The notes beneath the pieces were generated by a model, which saw nothing but the letters and a program-made list of their open reading frames with translations, was not told the origin of the DNA and ran no database searches. A stretch of DNA of 64,000 bases from an uncultured Eubacteriales bacterium. GTDB taxonomy: Bacteria; Bacillota; Clostridia; Christensenellales; UBA1242. Shown here one piece after another: positions 37,863 through 46,572 of the stretch. How positions within the stretch are numbered: position 1 is the first letter of the stretch; each line of letters opens with the position of its first letter. The position numbers and the translations under genes were made by a program. The stretch covers positions 7,661-71,660 of the forward strand of contig CARNVA010000008.1 of the NCBI GenBank assembly GCA_949031345.1. The letters run 5' to 3'.

Positions 37863-38282
37863 TTATTCTTCCACTTTGTAATAAAGTGAAAGAGAAAGTA
37901 TTTCTCTATTTATTTTAGCACGATTTCCATCATTTATCAAGATGGCAATTTGCATATTTTCAGGTAATTTAAAGCCATTCAACGATTTTCCGTCCAAAAT
38001 GCCCTTAAATTTCAACTGCTCATCCTCCGAAATAGTGTCAAGCCCTTCAATAAGCAATAAATTAGCCTTAGCATTTTTTCGTGCTTCAACTGATTTAACC
38101 CAGTCTGGCATTTTAAGACCACCGATGTCATTGATTACTCCAAGACTTGCAGAAGGCACTGTCGCAGGAAGCACTGTCGCACTTAAGAAGTCCTCCTTTT
38201 TCACGCCGCCTTCAATGATGACCGGCCAGCTTTTATTATTTTTTAAAAGTTCGTTGAGTTTTCTCTTCATATTATTATCCAC
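37863..38282 (-). CDS. degenerate (catalytically dead) mini-AAA+ paralogue (139 aa)
   Basis: It aligns with the core of the three AAA+ paralogues. PVIIEGGVKKEDF replaces LHGPSGVGKTRRV, LLLIEGLDTISEDEQ replaces LFIDELTNVxxNEQ, and KLPENMQIAILIN matches KLPxNCVVxAAGN. The arginine-finger RRF is lost. Confidence 0.7.
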   Translation of the reverse strand: MDNNMKRKLNELLKNNKSWPVIIEGGVKKEDFLSATVLPATVPSASLGVINDIGGLKMPDWVKSVEARKNAKANLLLIEGLDTISEDEQLKFKGILDGKSLNGFKLPENMQIAILINDGNRAKINREILSLSLYYKVEE

Positions 38283-38442
38283 AATTGCCTCCCTAAAATA
38301 AATATCTTAAAAGATATTTCATCATAAAAATGATAACATAAAAAAAGCAAAATGTCAAAATATATTCAAAACATTCTGCTCTTGTAAAAAATCAAAATTT
38401 AAGTGGTATTTCTTTTTGTCCACTGCTGTAAAAAATCAAAAG

Positions 38443-39723
38443 TTATGGGGTGATTCTTTCAGGGCCGCGGAAGATAAACATTGCTTCTTTGATGTTTGCA
38501 AGCTCTAAAAGATTCATAAGCATGCGGTCAAGACCGATTGCAAATCCGCCGTGTGGAGGGCAGCCATATTTGAAGAATTGGAGATAAAATTCAACATCCT
38601 TTTCAAGCCCTTTTTCAGCCGCTTGTGCCTTAAGCACATCATATCTGTGCTCTCTTTGCGCGCCAGTAGTGATTTCTACGCCCTTCCAAATAAGGTCATA
38701 ACCCTGTGGAACGCCATCTTTTCTGAGGTGATAGAATGCACGCTTGCTTGCGCCATAATCAGTTACGAACAAAAATTCATGGCCATAAACTTCTTGCGCA
38801 AACTGTCTGCAAAGCCTTTCAGCTTCTGTTGCAAGATCGTCTTTTTCTTCTTCTGTGGTGAAGCCATAACGCTGTTCAAGCTGCTTATAAAGCTCAGCAA
38901 GTTTAATTCTTGGGAATGGTAAACTTGGCACAACCACCTCTACGCCAAAAGTTTCTTTAATTTCTTCACCATATTTTTCTTTAACCTGCCCAAGCGCATA
39001 GGCAAGCATTTCCTCTTCAAGCTTCATCACATCTTCATAGCTTTCAATCCAAGAAAATTCAAGGTCAAAGCTGGTAAATTCAGTCGCATGCTTTTTTGAA
39101 TGAGACTTTTCTGCGCGGAACACAGGCGCAACTTCATAAACTCTTCCAAAACCACTTGAATTTGCCATCTGCTTGTAAAATTGAGGACTTTGTGCAAGAT
39201 AAGCAAGCCCATCAAAATATTTCACCTCAAAGACCTCAGAGCCACTTTCAGAAGCGGTTGCAATAAGTTTTGGTGAGTGAATTTCAACAAAGTCACGCTC
39301 GTTTAAATACTCTCTCATTGCATTGTTTAAAAGAGTTTGCACCTTAAAAGCAAGCAAGTTTTTATCTTGCCTAAGGTCAAGCCAGCGATAGTCAAGCCTC
39401 TGGTCAATGTTGCTTTCTGGTCCAATAGGATAAGCCTCTGCTGTGCTGGTAACTTCCACCTTGTCAGCCAAGACCTCCCTTCCGCCAAGCTTAACATATT
39501 CGCTTTTTACAAGCTGACCTTCCACCAAAACAGTAGAGCCAGCAAGAAGATGAGAAAACACCTCTCCCACCTCAGGATAAGCCACCTTATCAACTGTGAC
39601 TTGAATTTTTCCAGAAAAGTCCTTAAGCACGATAAACTGAATGTTTTTCTTGTCTCTTACCACTTCAATCATGCCTTGAAAACGCACTCTTCCTTCCTGT
39701 AATTTTGAAATTTGTGTTGTCAT
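38443..39723 (-). CDS. aspS: aspartyl-tRNA synthetase, archaeal/eukaryote-like type 2
   Basis: About 426 aa. Class II motifs with LAQSPQFYKQM and VAPVFRAE, and GGFAIGLDRMLM at the C-terminus. ATG 39723 lies behind GAGGAGG. The track start at 39774 reads through the T-box terminator. Confidence 0.85.
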   Translation of the reverse strand: MTTQISKLQEGRVRFQGMIEVVRDKKNIQFIVLKDFSGKIQVTVDKVAYPEVGEVFSHLLAGSTVLVEGQLVKSEYVKLGGREVLADKVEVTSTAEAYPIGPESNIDQRLDYRWLDLRQDKNLLAFKVQTLLNNAMREYLNERDFVEIHSPKLIATASESGSEVFEVKYFDGLAYLAQSPQFYKQMANSSGFGRVYEVAPVFRAEKSHSKKHATEFTSFDLEFSWIESYEDVMKLEEEMLAYALGQVKEKYGEEIKETFGVEVVVPSLPFPRIKLAELYKQLEQRYGFTTEEEKDDLATEAERLCRQFAQEVYGHEFLFVTDYGASKRAFYHLRKDGVPQGYDLIWKGVEITTGAQREHRYDVLKAQAAEKGLEKDVEFYLQFFKYGCPPHGGFAIGLDRMLMNLLELANIKEAMFIFRGPERITP

Positions 39724-39759
39724 AAATTCCTCCTCAACCTCGGGGCAGACACAGCACAT

Positions 39760-39960
39760 AAAAAATCGCCCCAATGTAAAATTTCTACATTAGGACGAAA
39801 TAATTTCCGCGGTGCCACCTAACTTGCTCCAAAAAAGAGCCTCTTTTCTTAAATTGTCAAACTCCAAAGTGTCCTTCATAATATCACAGTTTGGCAATTT
39901 TCACCCTCATGCCTCTCTGAAAAACTGTCGATAAAACTACTCTCTTTTTCATAGTTTTCA
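39760..39960 (-). promoter_or_regulatory. T-box riboswitch leader of aspS
   Basis: The minus strand has AGAGAG and AGTAG in Stem I and a distal GGTGAAA. The T-box sequence is AGTTAGGTGGCACCGCGG (39807-39824). The terminator TCGTCCTAATGTA / TACATTGGGGCGA plus U6 lies at 39798-39760. The candidate specifier GAC is at 39873-39871. Confidence 0.85.
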
Positions 39961-39965
39961 TCAAA

Positions 39966-39994
39966 AGTTTACTCTAGTTTAATCAGTTTGTCAA
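39966..39994 (-). promoter_or_regulatory. promoter of the aspS T-box leader
   Basis: Minus strand reads TTGACA (39994-39989), a 17-nt spacer, then TAAACT (39971-39966). Confidence 0.6.
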
Positions 39995-40016
39995 GAAATT
40001 TTGCAAAATTAAAACT

Positions 40017-42995
40017 TTATTTGCTAAAGCCAAGCTCCTGAAGCTTTTCTTCTGTCAAAGTTTCTCCACCTTCTGCAAGCCAGGTCAAACCTTTGGGCAA
40101 TGGACATCCATCAGCCATAACAATCCAATTTGAAAAATCTTCACCTACATATTTCTTTGTGCCATTGTCATAAATGCAGTTTTCAACTGTGCAAGATACT
40201 GGGCAAAAAACCTCAATTAAAGAGGAAACAATTGCCATACAATCGGTGATTTTTCCTCCCAGCATATAGCCTGAAATTAAGCCCTGATTTGATGATACAA
40301 CAAAGCCTCCTTTAAATACGCACGCTTTTATCTCAGTTTCGCGCACACCAGTCTGTCCAATAATCCCACCACTGCCAGAGCCTTTTATATTGCACCTTGT
40401 CACACAGTTTGATATGGTGATTTTGTTGTAATGATTGCTACCCAAAATGCCGCCCGCGCATGAAGTGGCAATAATATCTCCATAGTTGAAACAATAAGAT
40501 ATATCACACCCATTACTTGTTCCCACCATGCCGCAATTATCCGTGGCCCTAACAACCACGCCGCTTCGACAACCTTCAATGCTGCCCGTTTTGTCCTCGC
40601 CCGCATAAATTGCCTCAACGCGACCTGCAATTGAGCCAACATACGATTTCCCATAAACATTTCCAGATATAATATTGATATTTTTTAAAGTCGCCCCAAT
40701 GCAACAGCCAAACAAGCCAACATTTGAATAAATGTATCCCCCTGCCTCGCTTCCCTCTTTTGCACTCGAGGTGGAAAGATTTTTGATTAAATAACCGTTT
40801 CCGTCATAATGCCCTTTAAACCCATTATCACTGTCACTTCCTATCGGCAACCATAACCTGCTAACCTCAGCACCTTCTTTATCTGTTGCCAAATCTATCG
40901 TCCTTGTCTGTTTGAAATAAACGGCAGAAAAACTCGTCGAATTTTCAACCGATTTTGAAATAAACGCCAAATCTTCAGCACTTGAAACAAGATATGGGTC
41001 ATCTTTAACACCGCCACCAGCTAAACTGCTTGAAGCATATAGATTCCAAGTCTCTTCCCACTGGGCATATAATGTAAAATCACTTGTTATGTTTGAGACA
41101 AATTGATTTTCATAATAAATGGTGCCACTTCCGTCACGCTGCGTGTTCCAACTTTTGAAAATATAACCTGCCTTAACAAAGTCATTGCTTGGAAGTTTCA
41201 CGCTGCCCGCAGCATATTTGACACCTGCAGCAGACATATTTCCACTTCCACCATTTGCATTGAAAGAAATATAGAAAGTCTTGGCTTCCCACCGGGCAAA
41301 TATAGTAAAGGCTGTTTCCACATTCATTATACTTTCACTTTCAAACTTGTTTCCACCACTATCAAACCAGCCTCTAAAATCATAGCCCGTTCTCTCATTC
41401 AGCGATGGTAGCGTCCCAAAGGACGAATCGAAATCGATGTCTTTCACCGCATTGTCGCCACTCTTTGTCCATCCATTAAGAGCATTGAAATTCAAACTTC
41501 CACCATTCGGATTTGCCGTGACTTTAATTTTTTTTACTGTCCACTGCGCTTCAAAAGTGGCTTCTGGCCTAGTCAACATTGGAAATCTATCTACATATAG
41601 ATAACCATTTGAATCAAGTCTGTAAGTATATCTATTCTCAAGACATTTCCATCCAGTCAAAGTATAACCTGTTTTTACAGGCTTTAAATGTGGTCTGAAT
41701 ACCGAATTGGCAGCTACATCTTGAAAACTATGACTGCCTGTATTGCCATTTATATTTCCACCATTAAGCAACAACTTAACAGTATACTTCTGTAAAGAAG
41801 CAGCTGCCGCTGTCAAATTCAAATGAAAAGCAGGTCTTACACCTCTGCGGTGCCAAACGTCAATTGTACTTATTTGATTGCCTGTTGCACTAATAGAATA
41901 TGCTTTATTGGCATACCAAGGGTCTGCCGTTCTCAGCCATGTATCGCTGTATAAATATTCTCTATATGGCGTTTGGACTGAGCCAACGAAGCCTGACTCA
42001 TACTCATTTTTTCCTGTATAAGATTTGTTCTGCTCAACTGATGTTTGCCACATACCTTTAATTTCTGTATAACTTGGAAGCCAAATATAATCTTCTGACC
42101 AATCATTCGAAGCCTTGGTAGCATAGTTGAATGAGCCGCCAGGATAACTGTTAAAATTATAATCTTGACCATAATAATTACCATAATCTGGAATACGATT
42201 TGACCAATTCTCGTTTGATAAAGAATAATCACCCAGCCCAAAGAATGGTGCGCTCTGCCCATGTTCTTGCCATATTACATTAAACGGCTTTACAATATAA
42301 TTGGTAATACTTCCCTCGATACCAGGCATTGTGAATTTTGCAAAGGCACTATTTGTACTAGGTTGAATTGGCCCAACCATTTGACTTCCACTGCTAGCAA
42401 AATCATAACCATTATTTAAAACGACAGCACGAATGTAGTTTGCACCATACATATTTGATGGCAAATTGACTGAAGGGTCACTATTACTAAATGCCGCCCA
42501 AGAAGAATATAAGATTCCCCCTGCCGTCCCACTGAGATAACCATGCAACTGCCCTTCAGTCTGACTTCTATTTGCAAAAGCTTCTTGAAGATTGTTTGAA
42601 AGCCATAAAGTCAAAATCCAGTTTTGATTTTTGTCTGGTGTCAAACACACAGCTTGCCAGTCAAGCCCAGCAACTCTCACCATCACATCATGATTGGGTG
42701 ATTTATTATAATTTTTCGCTTTTATTGCAGATGCATCGGCAAAAGCAAGCTTATTCATATTGTACACATTGGTCTCACCACTGCCTGAAATAAGTTGCAT
42801 CAGATTGTTCAAATTGCCTTCATTAAAAGCATTTCCATTCCAAATTTCATTTACTTTTACATAACTTGAAGTGTCAGTGACTGCCACTGCATCCGCTTTT
42901 TTGATTATGCCTTCAAAACTAAGCCCCATAAGAAGAGAACAAACAGCAAAAAGAAAGCAACATATCATCACTGAAATTTCGCCAAGCTTTTTCAT
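40017..42995 (-). CDS. large secreted surface protein (992 aa) with a DUF6273-like module, Listeria-Bacteroides repeats and a GLUG-type C-terminal region
   Basis: The signal anchor is MKKLGEISVMICCFLFAVCSLLMG. Motifs include WLRTADPW...RGVRPAFHLNL, and the repeats GYTLTGWKC, GYDFRGWFD and GYIFKSWNT. GGILGSN and GGIIGQT motifs are also present. Confidence 0.85.
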   Translation of the reverse strand: MKKLGEISVMICCFLFAVCSLLMGLSFEGIIKKADAVAVTDTSSYVKVNEIWNGNAFNEGNLNNLMQLISGSGETNVYNMNKLAFADASAIKAKNYNKSPNHDVMVRVAGLDWQAVCLTPDKNQNWILTLWLSNNLQEAFANRSQTEGQLHGYLSGTAGGILYSSWAAFSNSDPSVNLPSNMYGANYIRAVVLNNGYDFASSGSQMVGPIQPSTNSAFAKFTMPGIEGSITNYIVKPFNVIWQEHGQSAPFFGLGDYSLSNENWSNRIPDYGNYYGQDYNFNSYPGGSFNYATKASNDWSEDYIWLPSYTEIKGMWQTSVEQNKSYTGKNEYESGFVGSVQTPYREYLYSDTWLRTADPWYANKAYSISATGNQISTIDVWHRRGVRPAFHLNLTAAAASLQKYTVKLLLNGGNINGNTGSHSFQDVAANSVFRPHLKPVKTGYTLTGWKCLENRYTYRLDSNGYLYVDRFPMLTRPEATFEAQWTVKKIKVTANPNGGSLNFNALNGWTKSGDNAVKDIDFDSSFGTLPSLNERTGYDFRGWFDSGGNKFESESIMNVETAFTIFARWEAKTFYISFNANGGSGNMSAAGVKYAAGSVKLPSNDFVKAGYIFKSWNTQRDGSGTIYYENQFVSNITSDFTLYAQWEETWNLYASSSLAGGGVKDDPYLVSSAEDLAFISKSVENSTSFSAVYFKQTRTIDLATDKEGAEVSRLWLPIGSDSDNGFKGHYDGNGYLIKNLSTSSAKEGSEAGGYIYSNVGLFGCCIGATLKNINIISGNVYGKSYVGSIAGRVEAIYAGEDKTGSIEGCRSGVVVRATDNCGMVGTSNGCDISYCFNYGDIIATSCAGGILGSNHYNKITISNCVTRCNIKGSGSGGIIGQTGVRETEIKACVFKGGFVVSSNQGLISGYMLGGKITDCMAIVSSLIEVFCPVSCTVENCIYDNGTKKYVGEDFSNWIVMADGCPLPKGLTWLAEGGETLTEEKLQELGFSK

Positions 42996-43159
42996 TTATC
43001 CCTCCTTTTAATGCTTAATCGTTTTTTATTATTCATATTTTTCTCTTGTAACTTAAAAAAACTTTTTATTGCGCTTTTATTTCAATCGTTTTTGAAACCA
43101 CAAATTTTTCTTAAATCACATCAAAAGAAATTATATTCCTGCAAATTAACTTCGCTTTT

Positions 43160-43187
43160 ATTTTACCCCCCCCCGATTAAATGTCAA
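43160..43187 (-). promoter_or_regulatory. promoter of the 992-aa surface-protein gene with a G9 tract in the spacer
   Basis: Minus strand reads TTGACA (43187-43182), then the 16-nt spacer TTTAATCGGGGGGGGG, then TAAAAT (43165-43160). Confidence 0.7.
43166..43174. repeat. C9/G9 homopolymer
   Basis: Nine consecutive C on the plus strand. It is the only long G/C homopolymer noticed in this AT-rich window. Confidence 0.95.
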
Positions 43188-43447
43188 GTGATTAAATATT
43201 TATTATGTGGTTTTATTATATCCATTTTTTAATAATTTTGTCTGTTTATTCAATAATAATAAACAACGAAAATAGGTTTTTTGTCTTACGGCATCGGCTA
43301 TGACAAGGCTGAAAATAAACCTGTTTAAACTTAAACTAAAGATGCACAACAAAAATTTAACAACTTTCTTTTGCAATCAAAACAAATCATTTTCATACGC
43401 TTTACGAGAAAGGAGATTTGTGCTAATATATTTGAAGGAGGTTTGCT

Positions 43448-43786
43448 TTGCTTAAGACTGTCAATTTAAAGGAAGATAATTTTAATGTTGAGCTGGCGCT
43501 TGCAGTGGTTGAGATTGAAATCGAATGTGCAAAGCGTGAAGGCAGAGCTGCACTTAAGCTATTGCATGGCTATGGCTCACACGGAAGAGGGGGCGTGATT
43601 GCCATTGAAGTAAGAAAAGCTTTATTCCACTGGAAAAAGAGCGGTTTTATTACTGATTATTTTGGCGGCGATAGATGGAATATGTTTGAAAAATGCAGTC
43701 AGCGGATATTATTAAAAGATAAAGATATCTATGCTGACGAAGACATGGGCAAAGCAAATCCAGGAATTACAATTGTCGAAATATAA
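43448..43786 (+). CDS. Smr-domain protein (112 aa)
   Basis: TTG start behind GAAGGAGG. The Smr signature is LKLLHGYGSHGRGGV. Confidence 0.7.
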   Translation: MLKTVNLKEDNFNVELALAVVEIEIECAKREGRAALKLLHGYGSHGRGGVIAIEVRKALFHWKKSGFITDYFGGDRWNMFEKCSQRILLKDKDIYADEDMGKANPGITIVEI

Positions 43787-43855
43787 CCTAAATTGAAGAT
43801 AATTTTCAAAAAAATTGTGAAAATTTAAGAAAAAATGCTAAAAAATGGAGAAATT

Positions 43856-44557
43856 ATGCTTAAATTGCAAAATTTAAAATATCAAATTGAAGAAAACGGA
43901 GAAGTTATTCAAATAATCAAAGGCGTCGATTTGCAGTTTGAAGACGGAAAAATTTATGTCATCACTGGGCCAAACGGCAGCGGAAAATCAACCCTTGTCA
44001 AACTTATAATGGGCGTGCTTGAGGCAAGTGAAGGTCAGATTTCGTTGGATGAACAAGAAATCACAAATCTTGCTGTTGACCAGCGGGCGCGACTTGGTCT
44101 TAGTTTTGCCTTTCAAAAACCAGTCACATTTAAAGGGCTGAAAGTAAAAGATTTGCTTGACATTGCAAGCGGCAAGAAAAATAATGTGGGCGAGCTTTGT
44201 GAATATCTTTCAATGGTCGGGCTTTGCGCAAAAGACTATCTTGACCGCCCTCTTGACGACAAACTTTCGGGTGGTGAGCAAAAGCGAATTGAGCTTGCCA
44301 TGGTGCTTGCCAAAGGCGGAAAGGTGAACATTTTTGATGAGCCAGAAGCTGGAATTGACCTGTGGAGTTTTGAAAACTTGGCAAAGATATTTACCTCTCT
44401 TCAAAATTCAATCAACATAATTGTCAGCCATCAAAGCAAAATTTTGCAGCTTGCTGACAAGGTAATTATGCTTAAAGAGGGCAAAATAGAAAGCATAAGC
44501 TCTTATAATGAAATTGAAAATAGTTTGCACCAAAATAAATGCGGCAAGCTTAATTAA
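43856..44557 (+). CDS. sufC: Fe-S cluster assembly ATPase SufC
   Basis: Walker A GPNGSGKST, signature LSGGEQKR, Walker B IFDEPEAGID. It is followed by a SufB/D-family gene. Confidence 0.8.
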   Translation: MLKLQNLKYQIEENGEVIQIIKGVDLQFEDGKIYVITGPNGSGKSTLVKLIMGVLEASEGQISLDEQEITNLAVDQRARLGLSFAFQKPVTFKGLKVKDLLDIASGKKNNVGELCEYLSMVGLCAKDYLDRPLDDKLSGGEQKRIELAMVLAKGGKVNIFDEPEAGIDLWSFENLAKIFTSLQNSINIIVSHQSKILQLADKVIMLKEGKIESISSYNEIENSLHQNKCGKLN

Positions 44558-44568
44558 ATGAGGTAAGA

Positions 44569-45489
44569 ATGAATAATTTAGAACAAAAACTTTTTGAAAA
44601 ATTGACCGATTTACATAAAGTGCCAAGTGGCGCTTTTAATCTCCGAAAAAATGGTCAAGCGCAGGCACGGGTGTCCACCAAAGAAATTGATATTGTTCCT
44701 AAACAAGACAAAAGCGGAATTGACATCATTGTCAAGCCAAATGTGGTGGGGAAAAGCATTCACATCCCCGTCATAATTACGGTAGGCGGACTAAGTGACC
44801 TTGTCTATAACGATTTCTATATCGGCGAAAATTCTGATGTGGTAATTGTCGCTGGCTGTGGCATACATAATGCCACCTGCAAGACAAGCATGCACAACGG
44901 CATACACAGCTTTCATCTTGGAAAAAACAGCAAAGTCAAATATATTGAAAGGCACATTGGCGAGGGCGAAGGAAGCGGCGGCAAGATTTTAAATCCTGTC
45001 ACTGATATCACCTTAAAAGAAGGCTCTGAAATGGTTATGGAGACCACTCAGCTTGGCGGAGTAACTTCAACTGTAAGAAAAACTAAGGCAAAGATATATG
45101 ACAGAGCTAAGCTTACTGTTCAAGAGAATGTTTTGACAACTGACGAACAAACGGCAAAAACTGAGTTTAAGGTCACCCTGCTTGGAAAAGGAAGCGGCGT
45201 TGAGGTAGTCAGCCACAGCGTTGCACGAGACAACTCTGTCCAAGAATTTAAATCTGATGTAATTGGCAAAAACGAATGTTTCGGCCATGTTGAATGTGAT
45301 GGAATACTTCTTGACAATGCAAGAATAATTTCTCAGCCAAAAGTGGATGCCATCTGCAAAGATGCCGCACTTGTACACGAAGCTGCGATTGGAAAGATTG
45401 CCGGAGATGAGCTTGTCAAACTTATGACGCTTGGCCTTAGTCAAAAAGAGGCAGAAGAGGTGATAATACAAGGCTTCTTACTTGGCTGA
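44569..45489 (+). CDS. SufB/SufD-family Fe-S assembly protein (short, 306 aa)
   Basis: The C-terminal signature is VHEAAIGKIAGDELVKLMTLGLSQKEAEEVIIQGFL. Confidence 0.75.
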   Translation: MNNLEQKLFEKLTDLHKVPSGAFNLRKNGQAQARVSTKEIDIVPKQDKSGIDIIVKPNVVGKSIHIPVIITVGGLSDLVYNDFYIGENSDVVIVAGCGIHNATCKTSMHNGIHSFHLGKNSKVKYIERHIGEGEGSGGKILNPVTDITLKEGSEMVMETTQLGGVTSTVRKTKAKIYDRAKLTVQENVLTTDEQTAKTEFKVTLLGKGSGVEVVSHSVARDNSVQEFKSDVIGKNECFGHVECDGILLDNARIISQPKVDAICKDAALVHEAAIGKIAGDELVKLMTLGLSQKEAEEVIIQGFLLG

Positions 45490-45631
45490 AACTCTTGACT
45501 TCTACGCTGAAAGACTTATTTTCTTACCATTAAAATATTTTTCTTAATGGATTTAAATAATTTTAATTGCGTTTAAATCTTGTTTTTTAAATTATAAAAC
45601 TTAATTTTTATATGGCTGAAATATCAAAAAC

Positions 45632-45663
45632 AAAAAAAGCATGAAATCAATCATGCTTTTTTT
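45632..45663. terminator. bidirectional terminator
   Basis: A 7-bp stem (AGCATGA / TCATGCT) flanked by A7 and T6. Confidence 0.7.
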
Positions 45664-46489
45664 AGTCCATGTATAAATCATCCAAATTGATGTAGTCATC
45701 ACCGTCTATTGACTGGTCGTTTTTAAGCTTTTGCTCATCGTCAACACTTGTTTGTTTGTCATCAATGCTTGAAAGCTCTTCTTCGTCATCGTCATCGTCA
45801 AAGACTTTAATTCCGCCCTCAGCACAAAGGCCTGCCCTATGTTTTGCAAGCATATTTAATGTCCTTGCTGCCATTTCATAATTATTTTTTTCTATTTCTA
45901 TCTGTCTATCAATGTTTGCAATGGCATTTTTTATATAATAATCTCGAATTTCATTTGCATATCCAGCGCCAAAAATGCATTTAAATATCTTTCTCATGCC
46001 ACCAACAAGCCCTTTATCCTGATAACAACACTGTAAAACTTCATCCGCTGTTGGAATTTCATCCGCTTCATAATAGTCATTTTGATAATAAATATTAAAG
46101 CTGTCATTATCACTTCTTACATACCAGTCAAAATCTGCTCCTTTCTCATCTGCCTTTCTATAACTCTTACTATTTTCCGAAGATCTCAGCAATGGATTAT
46201 AGATATACATATTGGCAAATCTCACACGCCAAATATTGTTATCGTCCTCATTGAAATTGGTGTTACCTTTTTCCAGCTGCAGCTTAAGATTTGAAAGACC
46301 AAGCTCATGCAGCTCATCTTTTTTAGCATCTTTTTCATTAGCGAAAAAGATTTCAAGCCCAGCTTCCTTATGCTTATAGCCCTTATTGTGAAATTTGGCA
46401 TAAATTATGACATATTCTTCGCCTATATCAGAATAAATCTTTCTGCCAAGCAATTCATCTGGATTTAATTTGCTAAAATATTTATTCAT
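45662..46489 (-). CDS. hypothetical protein (275 aa) with an acidic C-terminal tail
   Basis: Long ORF ending in a D/E-rich stretch (FDDDDDEEELSSIDD...). No motif recognised. Confidence 0.6.
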   Translation of the reverse strand: MNKYFSKLNPDELLGRKIYSDIGEEYVIIYAKFHNKGYKHKEAGLEIFFANEKDAKKDELHELGLSNLKLQLEKGNTNFNEDDNNIWRVRFANMYIYNPLLRSSENSKSYRKADEKGADFDWYVRSDNDSFNIYYQNDYYEADEIPTADEVLQCCYQDKGLVGGMRKIFKCIFGAGYANEIRDYYIKNAIANIDRQIEIEKNNYEMAARTLNMLAKHRAGLCAEGGIKVFDDDDDEEELSSIDDKQTSVDDEQKLKNDQSIDGDDYINLDDLYMD

Positions 46490-46572
46490 ATTTTCTCCCT
46501 GCCAACTTAATCAAAGCTGGAATAATTTCAAATTAAATATATCATAATTCTCTCATTTTGTCAATAACGCCG

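Noticed and set aside
39724-39774. The 17-codon N-terminal extension of aspS in the ORF track (MGRFFMCCVCPEVEEEF).
   Set aside because: This stretch is the T-box terminator hairpin and the spacer to the RBS. ATG 39723 has a GAGGAGG Shine-Dalgarno sequence.
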